Source of the DNA: Octopus bimaculoides
Lineage: Eukaryota
Reading direction: 5' to 3'
DNA length: 64,000 bases
NCBI RefSeq assembly: GCF_001194135.2
Contig: NC_068988.1
Location: forward strand, 21,011,701 to 21,075,700
The notes under the pieces were generated by a model. It was not told where the DNA came from. It ran no database searches and was given only the letters and a program-made list of their open reading frames with translations. The position numbers and the translations under genes were made by a program. Positions 24,991 to 37,912 of the stretch are shown in pieces. Position 1 is the first letter of the stretch; each line of letters opens with the position of its first letter.

Positions 24991-26024
24991 TATATATACA
25001 TAATACAAACACACACACACACACACATATATATATACATACATACATACATACCTACACACACTCACACGGGGAAGAGATACGTGTATGCTTAAACATA
25101 TTATCACATAAATACATAAAAGATTTAAGTGTCCAAATCTTTTGTGTTGTGATCCTAAACAAAGAACAGTCTTTTCTAATGACCACAGTCTAACCAATCG
25201 ATTACAAGAATCAAGAACCAAGTGGTGAGATGCCACAAAAGTAAAGGACGTTTAACCTCCTTTGTTGCNNNNNNNNNNNNNNNNNNNNNNNNNNNNNNNN
25301 NNNNNNNNNNNNNNNNNNNNNNNNNNNNNNNNNNNNNNNNNNNNNNNNNNNNNNNNNNNNNNNNNNNNNNNNNNNNNNNNNNNNNNNNNNNNNNNNNNNN
25401 NNNNNNNNNNNNNNNNNNNNNNNNNNNNNNNNNNNNNNNNNNNNNNNNNNNNNNNNNNNNNNNNNNNNNNNNNNNNNNNNNNNNNNNNNNNNNNNNNNNN
25501 NNNNNNNNNNNNNNNNNNNNNNNNNNNNNNNNNNNNNNNNNNNNNNNNNNNNNNNNNNNNNNNNNNNNNNNNNNNNNNNNNNNNNNNNNNNNNNNNNNNN
25601 NNNNNNNNNNNNNNNNNNNNNNNNNNNNNNNNNNNNNNNNNNNNNNNNNNNNNNNNNNNNNNNNNNNNNNNNNNNNNNNNNNNNNNNNNNNNNNNNNNNN
25701 NNNNNNNNNNNNNNNNNNNNNNNNNNNNNNNNNNNNNNNNNNNNNNNNNNNNNNNNNNNNNNNNNNNNNNNNNNNNNNNNNNNNNNNNNNNNNNNNNNNN
25801 NNNNNNNNNNNNNNNNNNNNNNNNNNNNNNNNNNNNNNNNNNNNNNNNNNNNNNNNNNNNNNNNNNNNNNNNNNNNNNNNNNNNNNNNNNNNNNNNNNNN
25901 NNNNNNNNNNNNNNNNNNNNNNNNNNNNNNNNNNNNNNNNNNNNNNNNNNNNNNNNNNNNNNNNNNNNNNNNNNNNNNNNNNNNNNNNNNNNNNNNNNNN
26001 NNNNNNNNNATATATATTGATTAA

Positions 26025-26407
26025 GTGGAGGCGCAATGGCCCAGTGGTTAGGGCAGCCGACTCACGGTCATAAGATCGCGGTTTCGATTCCCAGACCGGG
26101 CGTTGTGAGTGTTTATTGAGCGAAAACACCTAAGAGCTCTACGAGGCTCCGACAGGGGATGGTGGTGAACCCTGCTGTACTCTTTCACCACAACTTTCTC
26201 TCACTCTTACTTCCTGTTTCTGTTGTGCCTGTAATTCAAAGGGTCAGCCTTGTCACACTGTGTCACGCTGAATATCTCCGAGAACTACGTTAAGGGTACA
26301 CGTGTCCGTGGAGTGCTCAGCCACTTGGACGTTAATTCCCCGAATAGGCTGTTCCGTTGATCGTATCAACTGGAACCCTCGACGTCGTAAACGACGGAGT
26401 GCCAACA
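26025..26407 (+). mobile_element. Young tRNA-derived SINE with 11-bp TSD
   Basis: tRNA-like head ggcgcaatggcccagtggttag...ggtttcgattccc; TSD atattgattaa at 26014-26024 and 26408-26418; CpGs intact; 3' half shared with family D. Confidence 0.92.
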
Positions 26408-26569
26408 ATATTGATTAAATGTCGAGAGAAAAAATTTTTGTTTGGATAGCGATTCTTAGGCAAGTGATTTGATCTGAGATTATATACGGTGACTAAAATT
26501 ATTTAATTCTTGTTGAGACTTTGTAACTGGGAAATATACACGCACATTGTTGTATTCATTTTCCGAGCT

Positions 26570-26720
26570 GAAAGCATCGTTAGCATGCCGGGCAAAATGC
26601 TTAACGGCATTTCGTCCGTCCTTACCTTCTCAGTTCAAATTCCGCCGTGGTCGACTTTGCCTTTCATCCTTTCGGGGTCGATGAAATAAGTACCAGTCCC
26701 CTTCCCTTGTGCCTTTAGTA
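26570..26720 (+). mobile_element. SINE family C, interrupted by a MITE (further copies at about 30590, 43320 and 62470)
   Basis: ccgggcaaaatgcttaacggcatttcgtc...gttcaaattccgccg.ggtcgactttgcctttcatcctttcggggtcgat. Confidence 0.8.
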
Positions 26721-27223
26721 GGATATATTTTAAAACGGGGGCGCCAGTATTTTCTTAACGAAACACTAACGAAACACTTTGAAACTTGGGTCACTGGTAG
26801 AATGTGTCATATAAAACATCTTTTACTCTTAGTCTTCTTAACAAAAAAAAAAGGAATTCGCAAGTTATTCCATGCTAAAGTTGTCGTATTTCTGTAATTT
26901 CAACCAACCACTGACGTCTATTCAGCTGAATAGAGTTACTGCTGGGCGGTCATAAAAATGTTATTCCCTGTGACATATTTCATCCGGTTTAATCGTAATT
27001 TATACGCATATATTGTTTATATAATAAATTACGCTGTGCGTATCTATGTGTGTAACAATTTTAGAGTTCGGATTCTAGAGTTAGGGTTAGTTTTNNNNNN
27101 NNNNNNNNNNNNNNNNNNNNNNNNNNNNNNNNNNNNNNNNNACGAAGTTTGAAAGTCTTTCGGTACCAAAAACACTACATAAAATATAAATGAAAACTGG
27201 CGCCCCCGTTTTAAAATAGATCC
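26721..27223. mobile_element. Non-autonomous DNA transposon with GG termini, related to 57225-58052
   Basis: 28-bp TIRs ggat(a/c)tattttaaaacgggggcgccagt; internal ttcaaccaa.cactgacgtctattcagctgaa and ttcggtaccaaaaacactacataaaa shared with the 57-kb copy; ttagggttag next to the internal gap. Confidence 0.85.
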
Positions 27224-27312
27224 GAAAGGATTAATTATTATTAAGTTTCAGTATCTTTTAATCAAACATGTGTGCGTGTGTGTGTGTGTGTGTGTATACA
27301 TAAAAGATGTAT

Positions 27313-27637
27313 GTGAAGGCACGTGGCTTAGTGGTTAATGTATTCGGCTCACGATCGTAAGGTCATGAGTGCGATTCCCGGCGACGCGTTGTGTCCTTGA
27401 GCAAGACGCTTTATTTCACTATGCTCCAGTTCACTCAGCTGGCAAAAACGAGTAGTACCTGTATTTCAAAGGGCCGGCTTTGTCACGCCCTGTGTCACGC
27501 TGAGTCTCCCTGAGAACTACGTTAGGGGTACACGTGTCTGTGGACTGCTTCAGCCACTTGCACGTTAATTTCATGAGCAGGGCTGTTCCGTTGATCGTAT
27601 CAGCTGAGATCCTCGTCGTTATAACCGACGGAGTGCT
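27313..27637 (+). mobile_element. tRNA-derived SINE family D
   Basis: gaaggcacgtggcttagtggttaatgtattcggctcacgatcgtaaggtc...cgattccc head; ttgtgtccttgagcaagac core. Confidence 0.88.
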
Positions 27638-28859
27638 CCTTTCATAAAAGATAGAGGTGTGTGTGTGAGAGAGAGAGAGAGAGAAAGAGAGAGTGCGTGT
27701 GTGTGAGAAATCGGAAATCGTTTCTTGGATTCTTAGGAATTGAAACCTTAGCCTAGATTTTCCTTTGAAAATTTCCCACTGTTTTTGGCATTAGCACTTG
27801 GAAATTTATGAGGTCCCTTGTCACACTTACGGTCAACTGGAGGTTATCACAGATAAGATTAGTACTTTGTTTATTCTACGACATACACTCGTCTTTTCAA
27901 TATGTATAATACGAACCCTCAGAAAACATTAGCTGTCAATTATAATACATTTATTCATGTAATATCATTTGATATGTCCCAGACCCCATTTGCCCCTTGA
28001 ATTGTCCTCTCTTTGTTTAACTCATGTGGTTTTAATAAAATCACAGTAGTTTTTGTTTCCACACGCCGTTCGCTTTCTAACAAGCAGGTTTACCTGATAG
28101 ACACATCTTACTAAGGATGCGTGAGCTGTCATTGGTATTCTTCCTGTATCACTGTTAAACTACTGGCTACTATAACAATTTTGTATACTCACCCGAGATA
28201 AAAAAAATTACAATAAATAAATAAATAAATAAACTAAGTAATATTTTGTTATCCATGTTAATTATTACACAGTCTCACAGAGTTTGAACAACTTAAACAT
28301 AACATCGCCAGCTACACACACACACACACACACAACTTTTAATTTTTGCTTCAGTCAATATTCATTCCCTGTCTTTGATTTACTACTAAGTACATGGAGA
28401 CAACTGTCTATAATATCACAACGGAATCTGTCACTCACCATTCTTGCCCAACGACTTAAACCTAGGGTCACTAACAACATGCTGTATTAAAACTGAGTGA
28501 AACAGGGTATATTTAATAAGATACCCCTTGTAAAATCAACCGACGAGACGCTTCTGCACTGAGGGATGCACCACAACTAGTTGCACAGTATCCCACCTGC
28601 AAGAGATCGAAGCAGGATGGGTTAAAACGATCATTGTAAACAATAAAGTTTCTTGTATACTCCATTTTCCATCTCTATCATTTATGTGTGTGTGTGTGTA
28701 ATGCATATATATGTCTGTATAGATATTTATAAATATATTTGAGTATACTATGTCGTATATCTATTTATCTCTCTGTATGTATTTATATATGTAACACATT
28801 CTTGTTAGACCTTGAAGAAGAGATGTGACATCGTATCATGGACTGATCCATTATTTCTA

Positions 28860-29438
28860 GTTGATAAAACTACAACCACCTTTTATCTCCTGTCACCAGA
28901 TCACGAAAAAATCATTGGCTTCAAATGCTTCCAACAGATCAGAGCAGACATGCACCTTTCTCTCCTTCAAATCAAATGTCAACTGCCAAGGTACCCACTT
29001 CCCCAAATACTTTCTGATACCCAAAGCCTTCCACCATCTGCATTATGACTACAACACAGCAAACTCACAGATTGTAACTCTTCTGTCCACATGAATCAGT
29101 TTATCCACTTGCTTGTGATTCTTGTCAGTGGTCACAGCTGATGGTTTCCTGCTTTGTCTTCAATCCAAGATTCTTTTCTTTAAAATTCATCTGTCTATTG
29201 CTCTTGCCTATGGTTTCCATTTCTGTAATGAGCCTGGAGCCTTCTGCGGATATTAGAGAGCCTACATGCAACCTTCATCAGGAACGCACTGATGGCATGG
29301 TGCTTATTTTTGGAATCCATTATTTACCTGCAATGAAAAACAAGAAGAAAATTACACGACCAACATGTGTAATTTGAATGACCTTTTTCATTCAAATTAC
29401 ATGCATTAGTAGAGTAACTTTTTCACTGGTACAACTCG
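28860..29438 (-). mobile_element. Mariner element 5' half, decayed, with left TIR
   Basis: TIR tacgagttgtaccagtgaaaaagt ending at 29438; N-terminus MDSKNKHHAISAFLMK...SNIRRRLQAHY, VDKLIHVDRRVTI, GFGYQKVF, VPWQLT (WVPxxL-like). Confidence 0.75.
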
Positions 29439-29723
29439 TATGTATGTATGTATGCATGCTAGACCTTTTAGTGAAAAAATTTTTAGTTGGAGACCTAATG
29501 CAAAAGCAGGAAAACAGGAAGAGTTATTTCCCATGGATTGGGGTTAATGATCAAAGCGTGAAAAAACAAAATAGTAATAAAAGCAATGATAATGATCATG
29601 ATCACCAAAATTGTTAACAATGGCAATGAAGGCTAATATCGTCAGTAATACAGATTACTTCTAAACGGTACCTCTGAGGATACGTGTAAATATACATACA
29701 CATCAATCTATTTATATTATATA

Positions 29724-30112
29724 TAGGTGCAGGAGTGGCTGTGTGGTAAGTAGCTCGCTCACCGACCACATGGTTCCGGGTTCAGTCCCACTACGTGGCA
29801 CCTTGGGCAAGTGTCTTCTACTATAGCCTCGGGCCGACCAAAGCCTTGTGAGTGGATTTTGTAGACGGAAACTGAAAGAAGCCCGTCGTATATATGTTTA
29901 TGTGTGAGTGTGTGTGTCTGTGTTTGTCCCCCCAACATCGCTTGACAACCGATGCTGGTGTGTTTACGTCCCCGTAACTTAGCGGTTCGGCAAAAGAGAC
30001 AGATGGAATAAGTACTAGGCTTACAAAGAGTAAGTCCTGGGAGTCGATTTGCTCTACTAAAGGCGGTGCTACAGCATGGCCGCAGTCAAATGACTGAAAC
30101 AAGTAAAAGAGT
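29724..30112 (+). mobile_element. SINE family A, full length
   Basis: Near-consensus copy. Confidence 0.92.
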
Positions 30113-30207
30113 ATATGTGGTCTGATTAATAAGTATCAGGACTGTTGCCATAGTAACAAAGCTAAAACACACACAGAGATCAGACTACATATATACATAC
30201 ACTAGTC

Positions 30208-30247
<40 letters not shown>

Positions 30248-32451
30248 TTGTGCCTAATATGTTTGTCTTCACGGTAAGGAAGCCTCCCCTAATACAGGTT
30301 TTACCATCAGAGTCAACTTTTTATTTTATTCTTCCATGGCTGATAAATTAAAACACCTGTCAAGTTACCGGGATTGATGTAATCACCTAACACCTTACCC
30401 CTAAAAATTGCTGGCCTTGTCCCTAAATAAGAAATCCCAGTCACGTGGTGAGCTGGCAGGATGATTTGAGCATTGAAAGAATTGCTTTGGTGCTATTTCT
30501 TCTGGCTTTTTATGTTCTGAATTCCTTTTCCCCCAACATCAATGAAAATAAATATCAGTTAAGTTCTAGTGCTGATGGCATTGAGTAGAATGGCAGAATC
30601 ATTAGAGTGTTAGAAAGAAAAAACGCTTTTCAGTATTCTGGCTCTTTATGTCCTGAGTTCAAATCCCGCTGAGGTCATCTTTGCTTCTCAACCCTCTGGG
30701 AACCCCAGATAAATCCTAATTGAGTACATCTGTGATTAAAAATGTTCCAGATGTTTACCTCAACATCGTTTTTTTCTTTTAAGACACAGAGTATCTAGGA
30801 CTACGCTGTTCAATGTGCTCTTCTTTTTTAAAGAGTTGAAGGAAATTGGATCCTCTCCGAACAGCTCAAGTAACTATATACAGGTATCCACCCATGTAAC
30901 GGCAGATAGTGCTAAGAAGCCAAACACCAAATCCATGTTTTCCCAAGAAGTATCAACTTACAGAAGCTCAAGATGAACTATGAAGGTAACAGCTCATGCT
31001 GTGCAACTTAGTGTCTCCTTCGTTTATAGATTTTAACTAATTATGTCTGTATATCGCGTCAATGAGGGAAGTTTCCATATGGTCACTCGACAAAAAAAAA
31101 AAAAAAAATCCAAGTTATGTCCTACCATCTTAAAAATAAATAAAGTAAACATTAGATAAAGCAATCTTAGACAACTTTAAAAATCAATGTAGAGTTTTGA
31201 AATAGCCGTCCCTTGAAACCCCATACCTCCCCGGAAAAGTAAAGGGTAGTTTTTTTCCTTCATCCCTTTTGTTGTATTCCTATATTTCAGATAACGGTAA
31301 TAAAGATCCAGGGGGAAAAAAAAAGACTAAATAAAATGAAAAAAGTTTCCGGAAATTTCAATTTTTAAAATATTTTTGTGTCCTCGTACGTTTTTCTTTT
31401 CTATATGATATGGAACTACGGTGGACAGCTACTCCAAAACACCGTGAAAACCAGGATGGTTACAACTAGTATATCTTTAAATATATGGTTAATGTTTACA
31501 TCTAGGTCAAGATGTAAACATTAACCGAACATATGCCTGCCCTGTTGGTTTTTCAAATGACTGTATTATGTAGGTGAGGCCATACAGTATTTCGATTTAG
31601 AATGGTCCCCTGCGGTATTTTCTTTCTACATCAGCCAACATCAATTGAAAACTAGTTGCCAATCCCACTGAAGAAATAGATTCAAAGAATTAAACACATT
31701 CACTTCAACTCAAATATTTTATATAGCAATATCCAAAATATAATGAACTCAGTTCACTCGTGTTTATCTTAAACGGTTAAAAACCTAAGATTGATAAAAT
31801 AAACATGAGGCAAATAATTTTAATTACATTTTCAACACCATCATTCCCAAACGCCAGAGTATGACAGCTAGCATAATTTAGCTTCGTGTTCGAATCTTAC
31901 TAATTCAACGTTCGGAAAGTAAAGCACAAGTGAATAAAATATATATATATATGTTTCTTCTTGTGTTTTATTATTATGTTTATTATTGTCATCTGTTCGA
32001 TTACAGTGTTTAAATAGAATTACAGAGAGTACGAAAAATACATGTGTGTGTATCTGCGGCTGACTGAAAGAGAGGTAGACTAGAAAAGATAATGATGTCG
32101 ATGATGGTGTGATGATGCTGTAGTCACTTATGTGCTCCGCTTTTTTTTCCTTAAGCTTAAACACACCTCTTTATATACAGACATATATTTGCTTAGCTTC
32201 CGTTCTACTTGGCACTACTGTGGATATTACACTCTACGTCCCTTTGTCGATGGCAGTTGGTCTTCTGATCTTGTTTAAAGGTAAAACTACACTCACAATT
32301 TATGTGATCTACAACACACACACACACACATACACACACACATATGTCTTGTAGGGTGGTGGTTTCTTATTTTGGATGTAGACTAGACAAACGAAGTGAT
32401 GGTTTTGACTGTCTAACATTTTTTTCCTCTTTGTATCTTCTGTCATGTATT

Positions 32452-32612
32452 GTGTATATGTATTTAGGTTAGTGTGTGTGTATTTAGGTTTATGTGTGTG
32501 TGTATTTAGGTTTGTGTGTGTGTGTATTTAGGTTTGTGTGTGTGTGTATTTAGGTTTGTGTGTGTGTATTTAGGTTAGTGTGTGTGTGTGTGTGTTTAGG
32601 TTAGTGTGTGTT
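32452..32612. repeat. Minisatellite of about 20-22 bp, (gt)n-atttaggtt(t/a)
   Basis: tgtatttaggtt repeated about 6-7 times, separated by (gt)n of variable length. Confidence 0.9.
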
Positions 32613-34091
32613 TTCCCATCCATTGGTTTATGTAAGCGGTGATGTTTCTGTGTGTTGTTCACAACTTCCGGCCAAGCTTGATCGAACTGTTCCAGTGTGA
32701 TTATCCCGTCTTTTATGTATGTACATCGAGAACTACATTAATCGAAGTGTCCTTTTATTGAAACGGTAAGTTGTGGCTTGAGGAAGAAGTTGGCTGTATA
32801 TTTCAGCAGGTCGAGCAGCAATGAAATGTACAAGATGATGTTGTATGTGTGTTGTTGTGTATTTGTGTTATTGTTGGGTTTGTGTGTGTTCATGTTGTTG
32901 AGTGTATACTTTGATTACTTCTGTATGTGTGTTGATGTTGGGTATGTATACTATAATTGCTCAGTGTGTTTATTTTAATTGCTTTATATGTATATCTTGA
33001 TGTTATTATGTATTACTGATGTATTATGTATCACTGATACTGGCGTGTACTTTGCTTTGGTATGTGTTTGTGTTGAGTTTTTAAGTGTATATGTGTATAC
33101 ATTCAGTGTCGGATTAACCAAGTGGAATTTGTTACAGGCCCCCTCTTTAAATGATAGTATTGTAATGCTTTCAACTTTCGTGGATGGCTGAGTGTTTTAA
33201 GGTTGAGCCAATGTTCGGAATACTTCTTAGATTCAATATAGTTTGAATTAAAACAAATTACAAATTACTATAATTAAACAAATTACTGTAATCAAATTTG
33301 AGTGGCAACAGTAAATGGACAGATTTCATTTTTGTCAAATGCTAATTAACAGACTTGCCATTCTATTTCCCTTTTCGAGGCATTAAACTCATCAACAGTA
33401 ATTGAGTTTAATTATTATTTTCCCTCATAATAAGATCGATTGATCGAATCAGATTATTGCTAATGTGTTATAGTCATCGCAATGTTAACCATCCCTATTA
33501 AATCTAATTAGGATTTTTAAAGATAAACATTTTATTGTGTATTGTAACTCCTCTTTATACTATCAAACAAAAAATATTGCACAAATAGCACTTTTAAATT
33601 AAGCTTCAGACCATAAAGCAAATTTACATTATATTATGAAAGTGCATTTAGAGGAAATATATCACTTGTGTTTAAGAATTATATATAAGTGAAATAGCTT
33701 CGTTTTCTTCCCAGCTTTATTATTTCAACCGAAATCAGGGTTTATAAACGAAGGTTACCCCTATTCAGATTCGCTACATAATCTACTACATCTAAGCTAT
33801 CGTCTTCCCGGGTTTTCCTTCGAATTGTTTTTAAACACGTCGGCTAGCAGGTAAATTATCGAGTTTTAAAAGTGGAGCCACTATGTTCATTTCGGATACC
33901 ACCGCCATCCAATGTCAGCTGATCGATGTACGTTGTGTGTCAGGTAAGAAGCTGACTGAGGTTAGGTCATTTTGCAGTTCCTTCTTAGGAAGCGTGGAAG
34001 ATACCCATCGTCTTTAGGATTGAAGGAGCTAAGTAGACATCCGTTCTAATCAAAGACATTTAGAGAGTTAAGGATGAAATTGTTCTAGGCA

Positions 34092-34126
34092 ATGGCGGCG
34101 AAAGTAAAGAAAGCGCACACCCGATG
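34092..34126 (+). CDS. Candidate start-codon exon portion (MAAKVKKAHTR..), product unknown
   Basis: gcaATGGCG context, upstream acceptor ttttgcag| at 33977, weak donor TG|gttagg; no compatible downstream exon identified. Confidence 0.2.
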
Positions 34127-34189
34127 GTTAGGGGTTAGGGTTAGGGTTTTTGTTACGCCAAAAACGGGTGGTGTGTATATGGCCTAGGT

Positions 34190-34455
34190 CAGGGGTTTTC
34201 AAACTGTGGTCCGCGGACCACAGGGGGTCCGTAAGGACAAGACAGGGAGTCCGTGGACAGCAAATATTTTTCATGGGCAATTTGATTTTATATATGTTTT
34301 TTTATCGAAATCTTTTAATTGACAATAAACCTATTTGTTAAATACTGTTAAATAAATAAATGTAAAAATAAATGTAAAAATATGTTATTTTAAGCAAATA
34401 ATGTAAAGCCTGAAATATAAAGGGGTCCGCAAGTCAAAAAGTTTGAAAACCCCTG
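34190..34455. mobile_element. hAT-type MITE with perfect 8-bp TSD
   Basis: TIRs caggggttttcaaact / agtttgaaaacccctg; TSD gcctaggt at 34182-34189 and 34456-34463. Confidence 0.95.
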
Positions 34456-36579
34456 GCCTAGGTAAACACTCATTCTAGATAATGACATTAAGAAAGTTAA
34501 ACAGACAACACAATGATGTATAAAGACTGGGGTTAACCCCGCCCAAGTTTGGATGACGTTTGGATATAAAGGAACTATATATGCATCCATTGCTTGTTTG
34601 ACGACATCGTGATTTTGAATCGGACCGCCAAATAATATTTTTGAGAATGATGCAATCAAGCCATCAACTTTTGAATACTCTATTGATCCTTCAAATTAAG
34701 TAGAAGGTAATTGTTATTCGTCTGTTTAATAAAAACCTAGCAAGCCAATGACAACCAGTTTGTGTGCCTCCTCTCCCATGTTACCCCGATTTATGTAAGT
34801 GGTGCTCTTTCAATTGCACCTTTGGATCCTTTAAAAATAATTGTAATTCGACAAAATAGCCTACTTTTAAATTTAGAGCTTTTGTTTTTAGTTTTGGACT
34901 CCTTTATTAAGGGTTACAAAGCCCACTCTGGCTGCTTCTTTGGTGCTGTAGACATAGAAGTGTGTACATAGTTAGTGTGAATATTAGATGTAGATTTATT
35001 AGAGGATATCTCATTTGGTTTTGGGTACACATTACTAATACATACATGTATAAACTTGTACTGACGTGCGCACACACATCCTCAATATATGTTCGTATCT
35101 CTGTTGACAAAAAAAAGGGGTATATCTGTTTATATATCACTGCTTATGATCTCACTGTCCCCTTATAATAACTATCTACATAACTTTATATATCAGAATA
35201 ATAATATAGATTTAATCAAAAGATTAAATGTGGTACTTAAAATGTTTGAGGCACCAGAATTTGGTAGGGTAAAAACCAAAAACAAAATCAAGAGATTTGG
35301 TGAATAAAATTTGAAGAAAAGCAACAAAAATCCAATTTGTGTTGCTTTTCTTCAAAAAATAACTTTACATATCTGTTTGTTTGCTTGATTTGTTTGTTTA
35401 ATTATTTGCCTGTGTCCGTCTGACTATACTTTCGTTTCCCTATTTGACCAAGTATCTCTGTGTGTGACTATATATATATAGATATACACACACATGTGTT
35501 TGTATGATTGTGTGTCACACATGTGTGTGTATGTATGTGTATGTATGTATGTTTGTATGTGTGTGTGTATGTATGTATGTGTGTTCTGTCTGAATGGTGT
35601 ATCTGTTGCAGACCAGTAATTTGGGCAGGGAACACGTGATGATACTGCCAAGTAAGCAAAACACAAGAGATTGGCTGACGCTCCAGCAAACGTTTACCGA
35701 TCGGGAATCCTCGCTGTTAGTTTCTTTCTTCCTCTTTCTAATCGAGCAATCGATCTCCGTTGTTTGTTGTTTGTAATTTATTCGCGATGGAATTCTCATT
35801 TACCCCGCCCCCCCTTCGCACATACAATAAGAACAGCATTCTTTTTTTTTTCTTTCTTTCTTTTTCTATGTCAGTAATACAATGCTTTGTGTTGGCAAAA
35901 TGAGAGAGAAACTATCTAAATATATCGATATCTAATTGATGCATTCGACATTTTGGTATTTTGCAATTAATTGTTGAACAATATCTATGGCTTCACTACG
36001 ATCACCATCGTCGTTGTCTGTTACTATTCTTGTCATCACCACCACCAAAATCTATTACATTACCATCATTATCACTCTTGTCATTGCTTTTTACTACTGC
36101 TTCCGACATCGCCACTACAGCTATTCTTAGAGATGGTATTGCACCTACATGGTTGCTAGATCACCTAGGAATAGCTGTCAAATTACCAACCCAGCATTTT
36201 GAAGAGGGAAGGATACATTGGCTAATGTAGTTTTCGATAAAGTGTATGTGAATTAAAAAAAAAAACGGTTGCTCTTGTGTGGAACAATTTCAGTCATTAG
36301 TTTGCTCGATTAAGATTAACTTGAATCTAAACAATAACATAAACATTTATCAGCGCAACCGTCATTTTTAACTTTTGCATCATCGTTATTGCTATCGCTG
36401 TCACCATCCCATTATCATTATTGATGCTAGCTCCTACCACTAACATCTCTGTTCCCGCCATCATGACGGAGCTTCTAGTTTCTCGCTTGGCATGCTAGAA
36501 ATAGCAATCAAATTTCGCGTGAAGTACATCTTTTTGTATTGAAAAAGGAGAGGTACATTTGATAATACAGTCCCATATT

Positions 36580-36940
36580 CTTTACTCTTTTACTTGTTTC
36601 AGTCATTTGACTGTGGACATGCTGGAGCACCACCTTTAGTCGAACAAATCGACCCCAGGACTTATTCTTTGTAAGCCTAGTACTTATTCTATCGGTCTAT
36701 TTAGCGGAACCGCTAAGTTACGGGGACGTAAACACACCAGCATCGGTTGTCAAGCGATGTTGGGGGGACAAACACAGACACGCAAACATATACATACACA
36801 TACATATACATACATATATACGACGGGCTTCTTTCAGTTTCCGTCTACCAAATCCACTCACAAGGCTTTGATCGGCCCGAGGCTATAGTAGAAGATACTT
36901 GCCCAAGGTGTCACACAGTGGGACTGAACCCGGAACCATA
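36580..36940 (-). mobile_element. SINE family A, 5'-truncated
   Basis: Family A match ending cccggaaccat. Confidence 0.9.
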
Positions 36941-37534
36941 TGCAATATTTGAGAAAACGATTGAATGGCCATGGGATATCTTTGCTTATACATCTGTTCG
37001 GTCAAGACTATTCCCGCGAACAGTATATCATCAAACTAATGTTATCAAACAAGTAATGGAAGCTCTGTGGTTGCGTGGCAAGTTAGAAATAGCAGTCATA
37101 TCATAAAGCAGTCATAGATAAGAAAAGATGGGAATAATGTTAGATCTTATTTTTTAAACAGAAATTAAATGGACAGAGATGCTTAATCATCATTTCTGTC
37201 TATAAATAATCTCTAGGTGTTGGTTGGAGATGGGACTTGTCTGAATGGCCGACTAATTGTACTGCACAACTTATGTCGGCTTCATTTTTACCATGCAAAA
37301 ATGCCAAACTTTATAAGTTCAAAAATATTAAAATTTTGTGGACTAAGATGCTTGTGATCAGCACTTGGATAAAATATTGGATGGCCACGGCTGGAAGGTT
37401 TTTGATTATAGGTCTGCTTGGTCAGTGTTGACTTGGGGCTAAGCAACAACAAAATAAATGTATTAATTGTTCGCTGTGTATATTGGGCAATACAGATCTT
37501 TGTGACTTGTTTCAGTGAATAAACTTCAACAAAC

Positions 37535-37912
37535 AGGCGTAAGAGTGGCGGTGTAGTAAGTAGCTTGCTTACCAACCACATGGTTCCGGGTTCAATGCCA
37601 CTGCGTGGCACCTTGGGCATGTGTCTTCTACTATAGCCTCGTGAGTGGATTTGGTAGGCGGAAATTGAAAGAAGCCCGTCGTCGTCGTATATATGTACAT
37701 TTATCTATGTGTATGTCTGTGTTTGCCCCGCCAACATCGCTTGACAACCGATACTGGTTTGTTTACGTTCCCGTAACTTAACTGTTCGGCAAAAGAGACC
37801 GATAGAATAAGTATTAGGCTTACAAAGAATAAGTCCTTGGGTCAATTTGCTCGACTAAAGGCGGTGCTCTAGCATGGCCGCAGTCAAATGACTGAAACAA
37901 GTAAAAGAGTAA
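37535..37912 (+). mobile_element. SINE family A
   Basis: Family A match. Confidence 0.9.

Larger units (their letters stand above)
31850..35850. promoter_or_regulatory. CpG-retaining region, putative (possibly divergent) promoter and first exons
   Basis: Many CG dinucleotides in non-repeat DNA; ACTTCCGG (ETS-like) at about 32665; AATGGCGGCG (YY1/ATG context) at 34091; ATTGGCT and CCCCGCCCC at about 35670-35810; donors ACG|gtaagt at 32766 (+) and TTA|gtaaga at 31900 (-). Confidence 0.45.

Noticed and set aside
26025-26100. tRNA-like sequences here and at other SINE heads
   Set aside because: They continue into SINE bodies with TSDs and tails and lack a full cloverleaf; not tRNA genes.
27831-27932. 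Minus-strand non-coding exon candidate with donor ACC|gtaagt (similar case at 1681-1760)
   Set aside because: Acceptor lacks a pyrimidine tract and all frames are closed; indistinguishable from chance without RNA data.
28805-28835. Third hammerhead-like motif (ttgaagaag-agatg-tga-catc-gtatc)
   Set aside because: Lacks the GAAA core and a definable stem I/III; at most a decayed remnant.
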